Source: Acidobacteriota bacterium
GTDB taxonomy: Bacteria; Acidobacteriota; CAIWXX01
Assembly (NCBI GenBank): GCA_040755995.1
Contig: JBFMAF010000035.1
Coordinates: 32,001-96,000 of the forward strand
DNA length: 64,000 nt
Reading direction: 5' to 3'
The notes under the pieces were generated by a model, which worked only from the letters and a program-made list of their open reading frames with translations, was not told the origin of the DNA and ran no database searches. Of the stretch, positions 1-9,847 are shown piece after piece (position 1 is the stretch's first letter; each line of letters begins with the position of its first letter). The translations under genes and the position numbers were made by a program.

Positions 1-2
1 TG

Positions 3-698
3 CTTCCGATGATTCTCATCCTCCTGGTCTATCTGCTGATCTATGTACTGGCCTACATCGCCATGCTCGTGGCGGCAACGGACGCCGTGATGGGGCGAGC
101 CATCGACATGAAACGCGCATGGCGATTCCCATTTCAATGGCGCGTGCAGGGCACCCTGTTGCGCGCCGGGGTCCTCATCTTTCTGTCCTTCTTGCTGCTC
201 TTCTTCCCCGGCCTCTACGTGAGCCTGCTTTACAGCTTTATCGTGCCAGTCATGGTCGAAGAGAATACGTTCGGATCGGCTGCTCTGCGGCGAAGCAGCC
301 GACTTGTGAAATACAACCCGCGCCGCAGGTTCGTGGATAACCCGATGGTCAAGGTTTTCGCGATCTTCTTTCTCGGGTGGATCCTGGCTTACGCGGTCAG
401 CATGGTCGTGCAGATTCCTCTGATCATCACGCAACAGGTGCTCATGTTTCGATCGATCGCCGAGGGGCAGGCGATGGAGCCGGGTGCGTTGATGGAGCGC
501 CTGCTCTGGTTGCAAGTTCCGTCCAACGTGCTGGGGGTCCTCGCCTACACGGCGGTGAACCTGTACACGAGCGTTTGCCTGGTCCTTTTCTTCGTCGACG
601 TGCGGAGGAGGAAGGAAGGACGAGACATCGAAGCTGCGCTGGCCGAGTTCGCCGGCATGCCTGCTGTGGATCCATATCGGCCGCCGCCGATCGGATGA
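3..698 (+). CDS. Integral membrane protein of the MoxR/DUF58 cluster (5'-partial)
   Basis: Frame open to the left edge; several hydrophobic segments; C-terminal DVRRRKEGRDIE motif typical of membrane proteins in MoxR-DUF58-DUF4350 loci. Confidence 0.75.
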   Translation, partial: LPMILILLVYLLIYVLAYIAMLVAATDAVMGRAIDMKRAWRFPFQWRVQGTLLRAGVLIFLSFLLLFFPGLYVSLLYSFIVPVMVEENTFGSAALRRSSRLVKYNPRRRFVDNPMVKVFAIFFLGWILAYAVSMVVQIPLIITQQVLMFRSIAEGQAMEPGALMERLLWLQVPSNVLGVLAYTAVNLYTSVCLVLFFVDVRRRKEGRDIEAALAEFAGMPAVDPYRPPPIG

Positions 699-741
699 GA
701 ATCCCCCGCCCGGTGGATGTGTGTGCCGACGTGGTGAGAGC

Positions 742-1449
742 GTGAATCGATCGAGACTCCGCGGACTGGCGCTGATCCTCTATCTGGCGGCGGTGGAGCT
801 GCCTTCGGAGGCCGGTATCTCGCATCCCGAGGAGGCGCAAGAATTCTCGGTTGCGCCGTCTGACAAGGTGTTGCTCGAAAAGGTCGTGACCGAGACCGGT
901 GTCGAGACGACCCCGCCGAAACCTGCGTGGACCGACTACGTGGCACTTCTGGTCGAGACTCTGCTGAGGCGCCTGGCGGAAGCCCTCGATCCGCTCGGAC
1001 GGGGAATCACCCGCCTTGTGTCGTATGCCGGTTATGCCGCTGCGGCTCTTCTAGCGGCAGCGACGATCGCAGGTGTGACCCTTGCCGCCCGCTTCTTGAT
1101 CGAGACGCTTCGAGCCAGGCGAAAGCCCGTGACGGCTTCGGTTCAGGTGCTGCTTCCTCCCGGCGAATCCACGCCGGCCGCATCCACCTTGCGCGGGATG
1201 ATAGAACAACGACTCGGCGCGGGCGATGTCGCGGGAGCGATCGAGTCGCTCTGGTGGTGGCTCGCCACGATGCTCGTGGGCGCCGGCGCCGACGCCTCCT
1301 GGACCACGCGCGAGCTCATCCTGCGGGCCGGCCGAAAAGACCTCATGCCCGCCTGCCGCACGATGGACCGGATGATCTACGGATCAGCGAGGCCCACGAT
1401 CCCGGAGATCAGGCTGTTCGTGTCGCGGCTGGACAAGGAGATCGCATGA
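742..1449 (+). CDS. DUF4129-like membrane protein
   Basis: Signal/TM segments, then the pattern AIESLWW..SWTTREL..DRMIYG; start uncertain (GTG 742); ATGA overlap with the next gene. Confidence 0.65.
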   Translation: MNRSRLRGLALILYLAAVELPSEAGISHPEEAQEFSVAPSDKVLLEKVVTETGVETTPPKPAWTDYVALLVETLLRRLAEALDPLGRGITRLVSYAGYAAAALLAAATIAGVTLAARFLIETLRARRKPVTASVQVLLPPGESTPAASTLRGMIEQRLGAGDVAGAIESLWWWLATMLVGAGADASWTTRELILRAGRKDLMPACRTMDRMIYGSARPTIPEIRLFVSRLDKEIA

Positions 1450-2537
1450 GGCGGTCGCACTGGCTGGCCGTTGCGGCCGTCCTGCTCGTCGTGCTGTCCG
1501 CAGCGGTCCTCGTGGGCACGAGGGGCGAGGAGGCTGAGAGCAGCGTGCTTTCGCGAGGCGCAGGGGGGTGGATGGCCGCGAGGGGATACCTGGAAGGGCG
1601 CGGAATCTCGATCAGTCTGCTGGATCGGCCGGTCGGCGACGACGAGGCAGGACGCACTCTCGTCGTGGCCTTTCCATGGCAACGGTTCGAGGCCCCGGCT
1701 TCTCTGGACAAGATCGAGCGCTACGTCGCATCGGGAGGTACTCTCGTCTATGCGTATTCGCGATCGCCGCATACGCCTCCCGAGGACGAGCTGATCGAGC
1801 GACTGCGACTTGCGACGAGGCGCGTGCGGTCGACGCCGCCGTTGCACCCGCTCCGATGGCGCGCTTTCGTCTCGGAAGAGTGGCGTCTGGCGGCGGACCC
1901 TGGACTGGGCAAGAACGCCCAGCCGGTGGTGACTGCCGCGCCACATTCGGTGCCGCTTGCGCCATATTCGGCCCGCGTCCTCTACCGCGGACCCGATGAT
2001 GTCGACGCGATTTTCGTATTCCCGTTCAGACGAGGTCGCGTGTTCGTGCTGCCCGCCGACATGCTCTCCAATTGCCGCGTCTCCAGTCCCGGCAATGCGG
2101 ATCTGCTGGAGAGCCTGGCGCGATTTACAGGCCCGGACCTGCTGGTCGACGAGTACCACCACGGTCTCTCGGCTTCCGTCCCCGCAGCGGCGGGTCACTC
2201 GCGCACCGTCCTGGACCTACTCGTGATGCACATGGGGTTCCTCTATGTCCTGGCGGTGGTTGCGCTCGCGCGACGGTTCGGACCGGCATGGCGGGAAGCG
2301 CCTGCGATCGCGGGGTCAACGACGGCTCTCCTGCAAGGCCTGGGCTCGATGCACGATCGGTTCAAGCACCACGATGAGGCCGTAGCGCGGTTGATCAGCC
2401 GCGCGCGTGAGATCGACCCGCAACTGAGCCTGCCCGACGCCCTGGTCCCCCGCACCAAGACCGCCGGCCCGAGGGATCTTCTCCGCATCGCCAATGAGAT
2501 CGGCCAATTTCCGCAGAAAAGGAGTAGCAGACGATGA
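1446..2537 (+). CDS. DUF4350-domain membrane protein
   Basis: ATG 1446 overlaps the upstream stop; N-terminal TM, GRGRVFVL, DEYHHG and RRFGP motifs; context next to MoxR. Confidence 0.75.
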   Translation: MRRSHWLAVAAVLLVVLSAAVLVGTRGEEAESSVLSRGAGGWMAARGYLEGRGISISLLDRPVGDDEAGRTLVVAFPWQRFEAPASLDKIERYVASGGTLVYAYSRSPHTPPEDELIERLRLATRRVRSTPPLHPLRWRAFVSEEWRLAADPGLGKNAQPVVTAAPHSVPLAPYSARVLYRGPDDVDAIFVFPFRRGRVFVLPADMLSNCRVSSPGNADLLESLARFTGPDLLVDEYHHGLSASVPAAAGHSRTVLDLLVMHMGFLYVLAVVALARRFGPAWREAPAIAGSTTALLQGLGSMHDRFKHHDEAVARLISRAREIDPQLSLPDALVPRTKTAGPRDLLRIANEIGQFPQKRSSRR

Positions 2538-3496
2538 GCGAATCAGAAACCGCCGAGATTGCCGAGAAGCTGATGTCCGTGCTGGACGCATTCGTGCTCG
2601 GCCAGAGAGAAACCGCCGAGTCGCTCTTGTGCGCCTACATGGCAGGCGGGCACGCCCTGATCCAGGGCGTCCCCGGCATCGGCAAGACACTGCTCGCGCG
2701 GTCCTTCGCCTCTTCCCTCGGCGCCCCCTTCAGCCGGCTCCAGTTCACCCCGGACCTCATGCCCTCCGACGTCACCGGGACCAACGTTTTCGACCAGACC
2801 GCGGGCACCTTCCGGCTCGTGCGCGGGCCCGCATTCACGCGGATCCTGATGGCCGACGAGATCAACCGCACTCCGCCGAAAACGCAGTCCGCGCTGCTCG
2901 AAGCCATGCAGGAAAGGCAGGTCACGATCGATGGAGTCTCCCACCCCCTCGATCCCGACTTCTTCGTGATCGCGACACTGAATCCGGTCGAGTTCGAGGG
3001 CACCTACCCGCTGCCCGAGGCGCAGCTCGACCGCTTCCTCCTCCGCATCGAGATGGGGCTTCCCGATCGGAACGCGGAGACGACACTCTACCGCAACGCG
3101 GCGAAGAACGAGCTCCCGGGATGGAACGACCCGTCGAAGCTGCCGCAACCGGTGCTGACAACCGACCAGGCACGCGCACTGCGCCGCGCATCCCGCTCCA
3201 CACACGTCGCCGAATCGTTGACCGACTACCTGATGTCGCTGACCAGCGCCGTGCGCGCGTCGGCGCACGTCGAGCTCGGCGTGAGCCCGCGCGGCGCGCT
3301 CTCGCTGCTCGAGACCGCGCGCGCAGCGGCCATCTTGGCAGGTCGAGACTTCGTCACCCCCGACGACATCAAGCGATTCATTGTGCCATGCTGGGGGCAC
3401 CGGTTGGTGTTGACTGCCGAGGCCGAGCTGGAAGGGCAAACCCCACGCCGCCTCCTGGAGGATGTCTCATCGAAAGTGGAAGTGCCGAAGCAATGA
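2534..3496 (+). CDS. moxR: MoxR-family AAA+ ATPase
   Basis: Walker A GVPGIGKT, RLQFTPDLMPSD, MADEINR, EGTYPLPEAQLDRF, GVSPRG. Confidence 0.95.
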   Translation: MSESETAEIAEKLMSVLDAFVLGQRETAESLLCAYMAGGHALIQGVPGIGKTLLARSFASSLGAPFSRLQFTPDLMPSDVTGTNVFDQTAGTFRLVRGPAFTRILMADEINRTPPKTQSALLEAMQERQVTIDGVSHPLDPDFFVIATLNPVEFEGTYPLPEAQLDRFLLRIEMGLPDRNAETTLYRNAAKNELPGWNDPSKLPQPVLTTDQARALRRASRSTHVAESLTDYLMSLTSAVRASAHVELGVSPRGALSLLETARAAAILAGRDFVTPDDIKRFIVPCWGHRLVLTAEAELEGQTPRRLLEDVSSKVEVPKQ

Positions 3497-3500
3497 GAGC

Positions 3501-3549
3501 TCGGATTTCGGTTTGCAGATTGCAGATTGTGGATTGCAGATTTCGGAGA
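3501..3549. repeat. Degenerate 7-bp tandem array (NNRGATT-like x7)
   Basis: tcggatt tcggttt gcagatt gcagatt gtggatt gcagatt tcggaga. Confidence 0.85.
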
Positions 3550-3650
3550 CTGCCCATGACGATGCTCATCACCGACGTCTCAGCGCACCGAACAGATGTC
3601 ATTGTCGAGTAGCCGGGAGCCAGATGCTGTCGTTCAGTAGTGTCGCTGAT

Positions 3651-3682
3651 GCGGTGACGCGGCGACACGGAGACTCGGTGAA
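3651..3682. repeat. Degenerate 8-bp tandem array (NCGGNGAC x4)
   Basis: gcggtgac gcggcgac acggagac tcggtgaa. Confidence 0.7.
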
Positions 3683-3706
3683 GACTGGATCCATGATTTC
3701 CCGGTC

Positions 3707-3755
3707 TTCCCACTTCGTACTTCATACTTCATACTTCATCCTTCACACTTCAGAT
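3707..3755. repeat. Degenerate 7-bp tandem array (TTCATAC-like x7)
   Basis: ttcccac ttcgtac ttcatac ttcatac ttcatcc ttcacac ttcagat. Confidence 0.9.
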
Positions 3756-3759
3756 TGAG

Positions 3760-5094
3760 ATGCCGACACAACGGCTGCTAGTGATTGCCGCGGCGCTCAC
3801 GCTGCTCGTCGCGGCCGGAGTTGCGGCGCCCTGGCTGGCTTGGGCCGCGATCGCCGGCGACGCCGTGCTGTTTGCCGCCTTTGCTCTCGACTGGCTCCTC
3901 GCGCGCGGGACTCCGGTCACGGCACAGCGCGGGTGGCCGCCGCTGTCGGTGCAGGGGTCGCCTGCGGAGATCCAGGTCTCGTTCTACACATCGGCCCGCC
4001 GCGCTGTGCCGGTCATTGCGCGTGAGGCGCTGCACCCCGCGATTGCCGACAGACCGCTGCGTCACAGCTTCACCCTGAATGCCTCTCGCGGCGTCCTCTG
4101 GACGTACCCCCTCGTGCCGCGCCGCCGGGGTGTGCACACTGTTGGACCGCTGACGCTGCGGATCTCGGGGCCTCTCGGCCTCGCGCGGTCGCAGCGCACG
4201 GCGATCGCTCCGGCGCCGCGTGCCGTCTATCCGCAGGTGCGTTGGGACGGTGCCGTCGGTCGTCTCCTCACCCTCGCCCATCGTCATCAGCTCGGCGTAG
4301 CCCCCATGCGCTATCACGGCGCCGGGACCGAGCACTACGCGCTGCGCGAGTACCGAACGGGGGACCCGCCAAACAAGATCCACTGGAAGGCGACTGCGCG
4401 GCACGGACGGCTGGTGACGCGGGAGGAGACGTGGGAGCGGGGGATGAGACTTGTGATGCTCCTGGACGCCGGCCGCGCCATGGCGTCGATGGACGGATCG
4501 CGGAGCAAGCTGGACCATGCGCTGAGCGCCACGCTGGCGCTGATGCGCGTCGCCGCCGCCCGAGGCGATCGCGTAACGCTGGTGGCGTTCTCGGACCGGA
4601 TCGAGCGCATCCTGAGGGTGCGTGCCGGGGCCAGGGGGATTGCGCACGCATACGAGGCCTTCTTCGATCTGGAGGCGCGCCTTGCCGAGCCGGCCTACGA
4701 CCTCGCGGCGGAGACAGCGATCGAGTCCGCGTCCCGCGGCTCCACCGTCATCCTCCTTACTTCGGTGGTCGACCTTGCGGCGGCCGAGCTGCTGCGGGAG
4801 TCGCTGCTGCGGATGGAGCGCAAGCACCGCGCGATCCTGGTGAACCTCGAGGATCCCGAGGTCGCCGCGCTCGCGTTCGGCCCCGTCAGCACCGTGCAGC
4901 AGGCATTTGCCAAGGTGGCCTCAATCGAGATTCTTCTGAACAACCGCCGCCTCGCCCGGCGTCTCCGCCGCAGCCGAATCCGCGTCGTGTCGACCGCAGC
5001 CGACCGGCTGGCATGGGAAGCGATCGAGGCGTACCTGAACCTCTACCGCATGCGGAGAACCACGGCCATGGTCGCGGAAGTGCGAGCCCGGTAG
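3760..5094 (+). CDS. DUF58 (vWA-like) protein, MoxR partner
   Basis: LREYRTGD..IHWKATAR motif, LLDAGRAM, N-terminal TM pair; follows moxR. Confidence 0.9.
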   Translation: MPTQRLLVIAAALTLLVAAGVAAPWLAWAAIAGDAVLFAAFALDWLLARGTPVTAQRGWPPLSVQGSPAEIQVSFYTSARRAVPVIAREALHPAIADRPLRHSFTLNASRGVLWTYPLVPRRRGVHTVGPLTLRISGPLGLARSQRTAIAPAPRAVYPQVRWDGAVGRLLTLAHRHQLGVAPMRYHGAGTEHYALREYRTGDPPNKIHWKATARHGRLVTREETWERGMRLVMLLDAGRAMASMDGSRSKLDHALSATLALMRVAAARGDRVTLVAFSDRIERILRVRAGARGIAHAYEAFFDLEARLAEPAYDLAAETAIESASRGSTVILLTSVVDLAAAELLRESLLRMERKHRAILVNLEDPEVAALAFGPVSTVQQAFAKVASIEILLNNRRLARRLRRSRIRVVSTAADRLAWEAIEAYLNLYRMRRTTAMVAEVRAR

Positions 5095-5123
5095 TTGACA
5101 CTCCGGCCTGCGAACGACAAGAT
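5095..5123 (+). promoter_or_regulatory. Putative sigma-70 promoter
   Basis: TTGACA-17 bp-CAAGAT immediately upstream of the DUF72 gene. Confidence 0.45.
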
Positions 5124-5138
5124 GAGCGCACTGGTTCG

Positions 5139-6071
5139 ATGATGGAAGAACAGACGCCGTTGGAATACGGGAGAACGCAGGCCCCGATCCTGCGGCGGCT
5201 CGCGGAACGGGGGCTTCTCTTCGGGACCTCGTCGTGGAAGTACGACGGCTGGCGAGGGATCGTTTACGGGGACAGGGCGCGCGGGCGGGGGATCAGCGCA
5301 TTCCTTCACGAGTACGCGTCGATCTTCCCGACCGTGTGTGCGGATTTCACGTTCTACCGCTACTACGACTCTCAGACGTTCAGCGCGCTGTACGATGCCA
5401 CCCCTGAAGGCTTTTCCTTTGCGCTGAAGGTGCCACAGGCTCTACTCATCGATAGATATCCCGACTGGTTCAAGGGAGAGATGGCCGGCAAGGACAACCC
5501 GGAGTTCCTCGACGCCGAGGTCTTCGTCCAGCGTTTCCTCGAACCTGCGCGCGAGCTCGAGCAGAAGCTCGGCCCGATGATCTTCGAGTTCGGGGAGAAG
5601 ACCACCTCGCTTTCGCCGGCAGACTTCATGGCCGCGGCGGACGCCTTCTTCACGCGTCTGCCTCGCGATGCCCTGTACGCAGTCGAAGTGCGACGCAAGA
5701 GCTATCTGACCGACGCGTACTTCGAGATGCTCCGCCGTCACAATATCGCGCACGTGGTCAACAGCCAGGAGAGCGCGCCGCCGATGGACGTGCAGCTGAC
5801 AACGATGCCCGTGCTCACGGCGCGCCACTGTGTTGTGCGAGCGCTCACGCGCCCGCGCGTCGGCTACAAGAAGTCGGTGTCGATCGCGGAGCCATACGAT
5901 CGGATCGTTCAGGAGTATCCGGAGGGGGTGACGGCGATGGTGGGGCTCGCGCGTCGTTGCGAATCCCAACGCGTGACGCTCTACGCCTATATCAACAACC
6001 GGCTCGAAGGGTGTGCGCCGCTGACGATCTCAAAGATACTGGCGGCGTTGGAACCGCCGTCGACCGGGTGA
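5139..6071 (+). CDS. DUF72 family protein
   Basis: GTSSWKYDGWRG, FSFALKVP, KLGPMIFEF, AVEVR, YINNRLEGCAP. Confidence 0.9.
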   Translation: MMEEQTPLEYGRTQAPILRRLAERGLLFGTSSWKYDGWRGIVYGDRARGRGISAFLHEYASIFPTVCADFTFYRYYDSQTFSALYDATPEGFSFALKVPQALLIDRYPDWFKGEMAGKDNPEFLDAEVFVQRFLEPARELEQKLGPMIFEFGEKTTSLSPADFMAAADAFFTRLPRDALYAVEVRRKSYLTDAYFEMLRRHNIAHVVNSQESAPPMDVQLTTMPVLTARHCVVRALTRPRVGYKKSVSIAEPYDRIVQEYPEGVTAMVGLARRCESQRVTLYAYINNRLEGCAPLTISKILAALEPPSTG

Positions 6072-6150
6072 GTCGCGTGCTGCCGGCTTTCATCTATGTC
6101 ATGGCCCGATCGGACCGGCGGCGTATGGAGACTACAGGAAGGAGATCTCT

Positions 6151-7404
6151 ATGTGGTCAACGTCTGGGCTTCGGCTCGCACATGTAGCGGCCTGGCTGTG
6201 GTCGGCAACGGCCGTAGCAATGCCGCTGCTCGCGAGCGCGGCGGAACAGAGCAACGAGGGGAAGTTTGGAATCGCATTTTCGGGGTTCGTAAAGACCGAC
6301 GTGATATTCGATTCGCGGCAGACGGTGAGTCTGCGCGAGGGGCATTTCCTTCTCTACCCGGCCGCTCCGTCCAACGACGTTACAGGCGAGGATGTTTCAG
6401 AGAAGGCCAATCTCAACATGATGTCAATCCAGACGCGCGTGACCGCGAAGCTCACGGCTCCGGAGGCGTTCGGAGCGAAGCCGTCGGGGCTGATCGAGGC
6501 GGAGTTCTTCGGCAGCTCCGATGCGGACGTCAACGGCTTTCGTCTTCGCCACGCTTTCCTGAGCCTGCAATGGCCGAAGACGGGACTCATGATCGGGCAG
6601 TTCTGGCATCCGCTGTTCGTGACCGAAGTCTTCCCGCAGGTCGTTTCGTTCAACACTGGGGCGCCGTTCCAGCCGTTCTCGCGGAACCCCCAGGTCCGAT
6701 TGACGCAGGCACTCGGCAGCGCCAGGCTGATCGCGGCTGCGGCGTCGCAACGCGATTTCACGAGCCCCGGGCCGAACGGCAACAGTTCGACCTACCTGCG
6801 CAACGCAGTCTTGCCGGACCTCAGCCTGCAGCTTCAATACCGCAGAGCCGACAACGTTTACGGCGCAGGGATCGATTTCAAGATATTGACTCCGCAGATC
6901 ACGACGAGCCAGGGATACAAGACAGACGAGACGGTGAAGAGCACGGCCGGGATAGGGTACGCGAAGCTCAAGCTGGGCAGGGCAACGCTCGGAGTCGAAG
7001 CGGTGTATGGCCAGAATCTCTCGGACCACCTGATGCTTGGCGGCTACGGAGTCAGATCGACCGATCCCGCGACGGGCAAGCAGTCATACATTCCGACCAG
7101 CTCCTTCTCGGTGTGGTCAGACCTGTACGCAGGCAAGCGGTTCCAGCCGGGCCTCTTCCTGGGCTACGCGAAGAATCTCGGAGCCGGCGAAATCGTGTCC
7201 AAGGTTTACGTCAGGAATGCTGATATCGACAGCGCCTACCGCATCGCCCCGCGAATGGCGTGGCAGACGGGGTACACGCGGCTCTCCGTCGAGATCGAGT
7301 ACACGGCGGCGGCGTATGGGACGACCAACGAGCGCGCCAAGGTCGTCAACACCACCACGGTCGGAAACCTGCGTATGCTGTTCGCCGGATTCCTGTTCTT
7401 CTAG
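6151..7404 (+). CDS. Outer-membrane porin (DcaP-like)
   Basis: Signal peptide, SGFVKTD, FRLRHAF, GQFWHP, RNPQVR, amphipathic beta strands, C-terminal Phe. Confidence 0.8.
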   Translation: MWSTSGLRLAHVAAWLWSATAVAMPLLASAAEQSNEGKFGIAFSGFVKTDVIFDSRQTVSLREGHFLLYPAAPSNDVTGEDVSEKANLNMMSIQTRVTAKLTAPEAFGAKPSGLIEAEFFGSSDADVNGFRLRHAFLSLQWPKTGLMIGQFWHPLFVTEVFPQVVSFNTGAPFQPFSRNPQVRLTQALGSARLIAAAASQRDFTSPGPNGNSSTYLRNAVLPDLSLQLQYRRADNVYGAGIDFKILTPQITTSQGYKTDETVKSTAGIGYAKLKLGRATLGVEAVYGQNLSDHLMLGGYGVRSTDPATGKQSYIPTSSFSVWSDLYAGKRFQPGLFLGYAKNLGAGEIVSKVYVRNADIDSAYRIAPRMAWQTGYTRLSVEIEYTAAAYGTTNERAKVVNTTTVGNLRMLFAGFLFF

Positions 7405-7406
7405 AC

Positions 7407-7426
7407 AGCGCGACATAAGTCGCGCT
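7407..7426. terminator. Hairpin between convergent genes (terminator or REP-like)
   Basis: AGCGCGAC-ATAA-GTCGCGCT perfect 8-bp stem; no long U-tract. Confidence 0.45.
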
Positions 7427-7468
7427 CCTTAGCGGGGCTGCGGCGTGGACCGGTCGGCCCAGGCCGGG

Positions 7469-8497
7469 TCACTGAGTCGGATCGTCGTAGAGATTCAGGT
7501 CAGGGTAGAGCCGTTTGGCACATTCCGGGCAGATGCCATGCGTGAATGTCGCATGGGAGTGCTCCTGGACGTACTTCTCCAGGCGGTTCCAGTACCCTTT
7601 GTCGTCCCGGATGCTCTTGCAGCTGCTGCAGATGGGGACAAGGCCGCGGAGCGTCTTCACTTCGGCGATGGCTGCCTGAAGCTCCTGAATAACCCTGTCC
7701 CGCTCTCCTTCGGCCACCTTGCGCCGCTCGATCTCCTGCTGGGCGAGTGAGAGCTCCAGCTTGATCTCGGCCACCTGTTTCAGAATGGCGAGCACGGGGC
7801 GATTCTCAATGGCGATTCCTTTCTTGCTGCTCTGCCACTGCAAGTAGAGATAAAGGAAAGGCAGGGCGAAGACCGACACAACCAGGCGACTGACCAGAGT
7901 CCCTTTCATGATGCTGAAGTAGAAGGGCGTTCCCGCGAAGGCTCCCGTTGCGAAGAGAATCACATCCAGCCACATGACCCCCAACAGGGTCAGGAAGGCG
8001 CGCAGCCAGAGCCGCATCCTGAGATCGGGCTTGCCGAGATACTCCCAGGCGACCGCCAGGAAGATGAGATCGAGCAACGTCGCACAGACTGAGGCCGTGT
8101 TTATCCGAAGGCTCGGAACCGGCACGTAGTCCAGCGATATGTTGCCAGTCAGTCCAGCCTGGAAATGCAGGACTGCGGCGATGATCGGCACCAATGCCGA
8201 AACGCCCGCCACAGTCGATATGGCCAGCCGGGCGGCGCGCGGACCGTCGAAGACATAGACCACGAATACACCCAGCAGCAGGGAGGTATAGAACACGGTC
8301 GAGCCCACGACGAAGGTGATGCCGGCCACCTCGATCTTCACCCCCGCGTCGGTCACCCACGACATGATGGCGGTGATCCCCCCGATTACGGCATAGAAGT
8401 GCGCAGGACCAAACCGGTGGCGCAACGAGTGCGCCCAGAGCACCAGGAAATAGACGGACATCGCCTCGACGATCAGTACGATGACTTCACTGGCCAT
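7469..8497 (-). CDS. Multi-TM protein (VUT/YhhQ-like) fused to a coiled coil and C-terminal Cys-rich zinc-ribbon domain
   Basis: About 7 TM segments, coiled coil (EIERRKVAEGERDRVIQELQAA), PICSSCKSIRDDKGYW...THGICPEC. Confidence 0.7.
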   Translation of the reverse strand: MASEVIVLIVEAMSVYFLVLWAHSLRHRFGPAHFYAVIGGITAIMSWVTDAGVKIEVAGITFVVGSTVFYTSLLLGVFVVYVFDGPRAARLAISTVAGVSALVPIIAAVLHFQAGLTGNISLDYVPVPSLRINTASVCATLLDLIFLAVAWEYLGKPDLRMRLWLRAFLTLLGVMWLDVILFATGAFAGTPFYFSIMKGTLVSRLVVSVFALPFLYLYLQWQSSKKGIAIENRPVLAILKQVAEIKLELSLAQQEIERRKVAEGERDRVIQELQAAIAEVKTLRGLVPICSSCKSIRDDKGYWNRLEKYVQEHSHATFTHGICPECAKRLYPDLNLYDDPTQ

Positions 8498-8586
8498 GCT
8501 CGGTCATGCTCCCACTTCGTCTCCGCCACGAGACCGGGTTCTGTCGCCAAGCCCGTCCCCCCAGGCACCCACACCCAGGCCGCGCT

Positions 8587-9813
8587 TCAGGCGTAGATCG
8601 CCTTAAGCTCCTCGACACGGGCCGCGATGTTGATGCTCCGGATGCAGCGGGCGGAACAATCGCCGCACGAGGCGCACGTCGCCAGCCCCAAGTCGTGCGG
8701 CACCTCGTTCAGCGCGGCGCGCGCCGCCTGGAAGTTCCCATAGGTAGCCGCATACATGTGCGTTCGCATCAGGGTGGGGATGTCGACGCCGCGCGGGCAG
8801 GAAGGGAGGCAAGAGGAGCACTGCCGGCAGTAGGCGAGTGACGCGCGCGCGGTCCTGTCCTTGATGAACTTCTCTTCCTCGGCGGTGAAGTCGAGGCCGT
8901 AGGCCACCGTGAAATCCGTTTCCATCTGCGGGAACGTCGTGTACCCGGGAACGGCCGTAGAGATGAACTCGTGCCTCAGTACCCACTTCAACAGCGCTGT
9001 GTGCATGAGCTCACCCTCCCACCGCTTCTGCAGCTCTGCGGGGAGGTTCTCCTTGTACCAATACTGAGAGCACTGGGTCTTCATCGCGACAAGGCCGATC
9101 CCCTTCGCATGGGCGCTCTGCAGTGCCTCGACCATCGGCGTGTCGTCCCACATCGCGTAGTTGAAGGAGGTCAAGATGACGTCGAAGAGCCCGGACCGGA
9201 CGGCATCCTGGATGCACTCCATCATGTTGCGGTGCGTGCTGAACCCGATGAAGCGCGTCTTGCCCTGCTTCTTCAACGTCTGCAACGCGTCGAGGATCCC
9301 CGGGTTGTTGAGATAGCCCGCATCGGAGACGTTATGCGAATACAGGATGTCAAGATGATCGGTCTGAAGCCGCCGAAGGCTTTCCTCGGTCGTCTTCAGA
9401 TAGAACTCCCTAGCCTTCTCAGCGGGCATCGACCGTTGCTCGTGCGGTATGTACACCTTCGTTGCGATGACGACCTGGTCCCGAGCATTGAGCTGCTTGA
9501 TTACGCTGCCAACCATCTCTTCGTTGCGGCCCTGCTGGTAGTAGGCCGCGGTGTCGAAATGGCGTACGCCGAGCTCGTAGGATTGTTTCACGAGCGCCGG
9601 ATTGTCCGCGTTCATCACTCCCATGGAGACGACCGGGAGCTTGATGCCCGTCTTGCCTAGCGGCCGCGTCACGAGTTGACGCGCAAGCTCAGGGAGAGAC
9701 GGCTTGGCTGGTTCGGTCGAACCTCTTGCCAAACTCGTCAATCCCAGCGTGGCGACCCCGGATAGCGCCCCGCCCAGAAATGCCCGCCGATCTACGCTGC
9801 GATTCTCAGCCAT
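8587..9813 (-). CDS. Tat-exported aldo/keto reductase with C-terminal Fe-S domain
   Basis: DRRAFL twin-Arg signal, RPLGKTG, FDTAAYY, SLRRLQTDHLD, CRQCSSCLPSCP, CASCGDCSARC. Confidence 0.9.
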   Translation of the reverse strand: MAENRSVDRRAFLGGALSGVATLGLTSLARGSTEPAKPSLPELARQLVTRPLGKTGIKLPVVSMGVMNADNPALVKQSYELGVRHFDTAAYYQQGRNEEMVGSVIKQLNARDQVVIATKVYIPHEQRSMPAEKAREFYLKTTEESLRRLQTDHLDILYSHNVSDAGYLNNPGILDALQTLKKQGKTRFIGFSTHRNMMECIQDAVRSGLFDVILTSFNYAMWDDTPMVEALQSAHAKGIGLVAMKTQCSQYWYKENLPAELQKRWEGELMHTALLKWVLRHEFISTAVPGYTTFPQMETDFTVAYGLDFTAEEEKFIKDRTARASLAYCRQCSSCLPSCPRGVDIPTLMRTHMYAATYGNFQAARAALNEVPHDLGLATCASCGDCSARCIRSINIAARVEELKAIYA

Positions 9814-9847
9814 CACATGCTCCTTTCCACACGTCCTTGTGCCGATT

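Noticed and set aside
3378..3758. ORFs 3378-3725(-) and 3462-3758(+)
   Set aside because: Translations are products of the heptamer arrays (LQIADCGLQI, HTSYFILHTS)
4242..5138. N-terminal extensions of the DUF72 ORF (likewise 927-1445 and 33552-33914)
   Set aside because: They overlap real upstream genes in another frame; family motifs begin at the downstream ATGs
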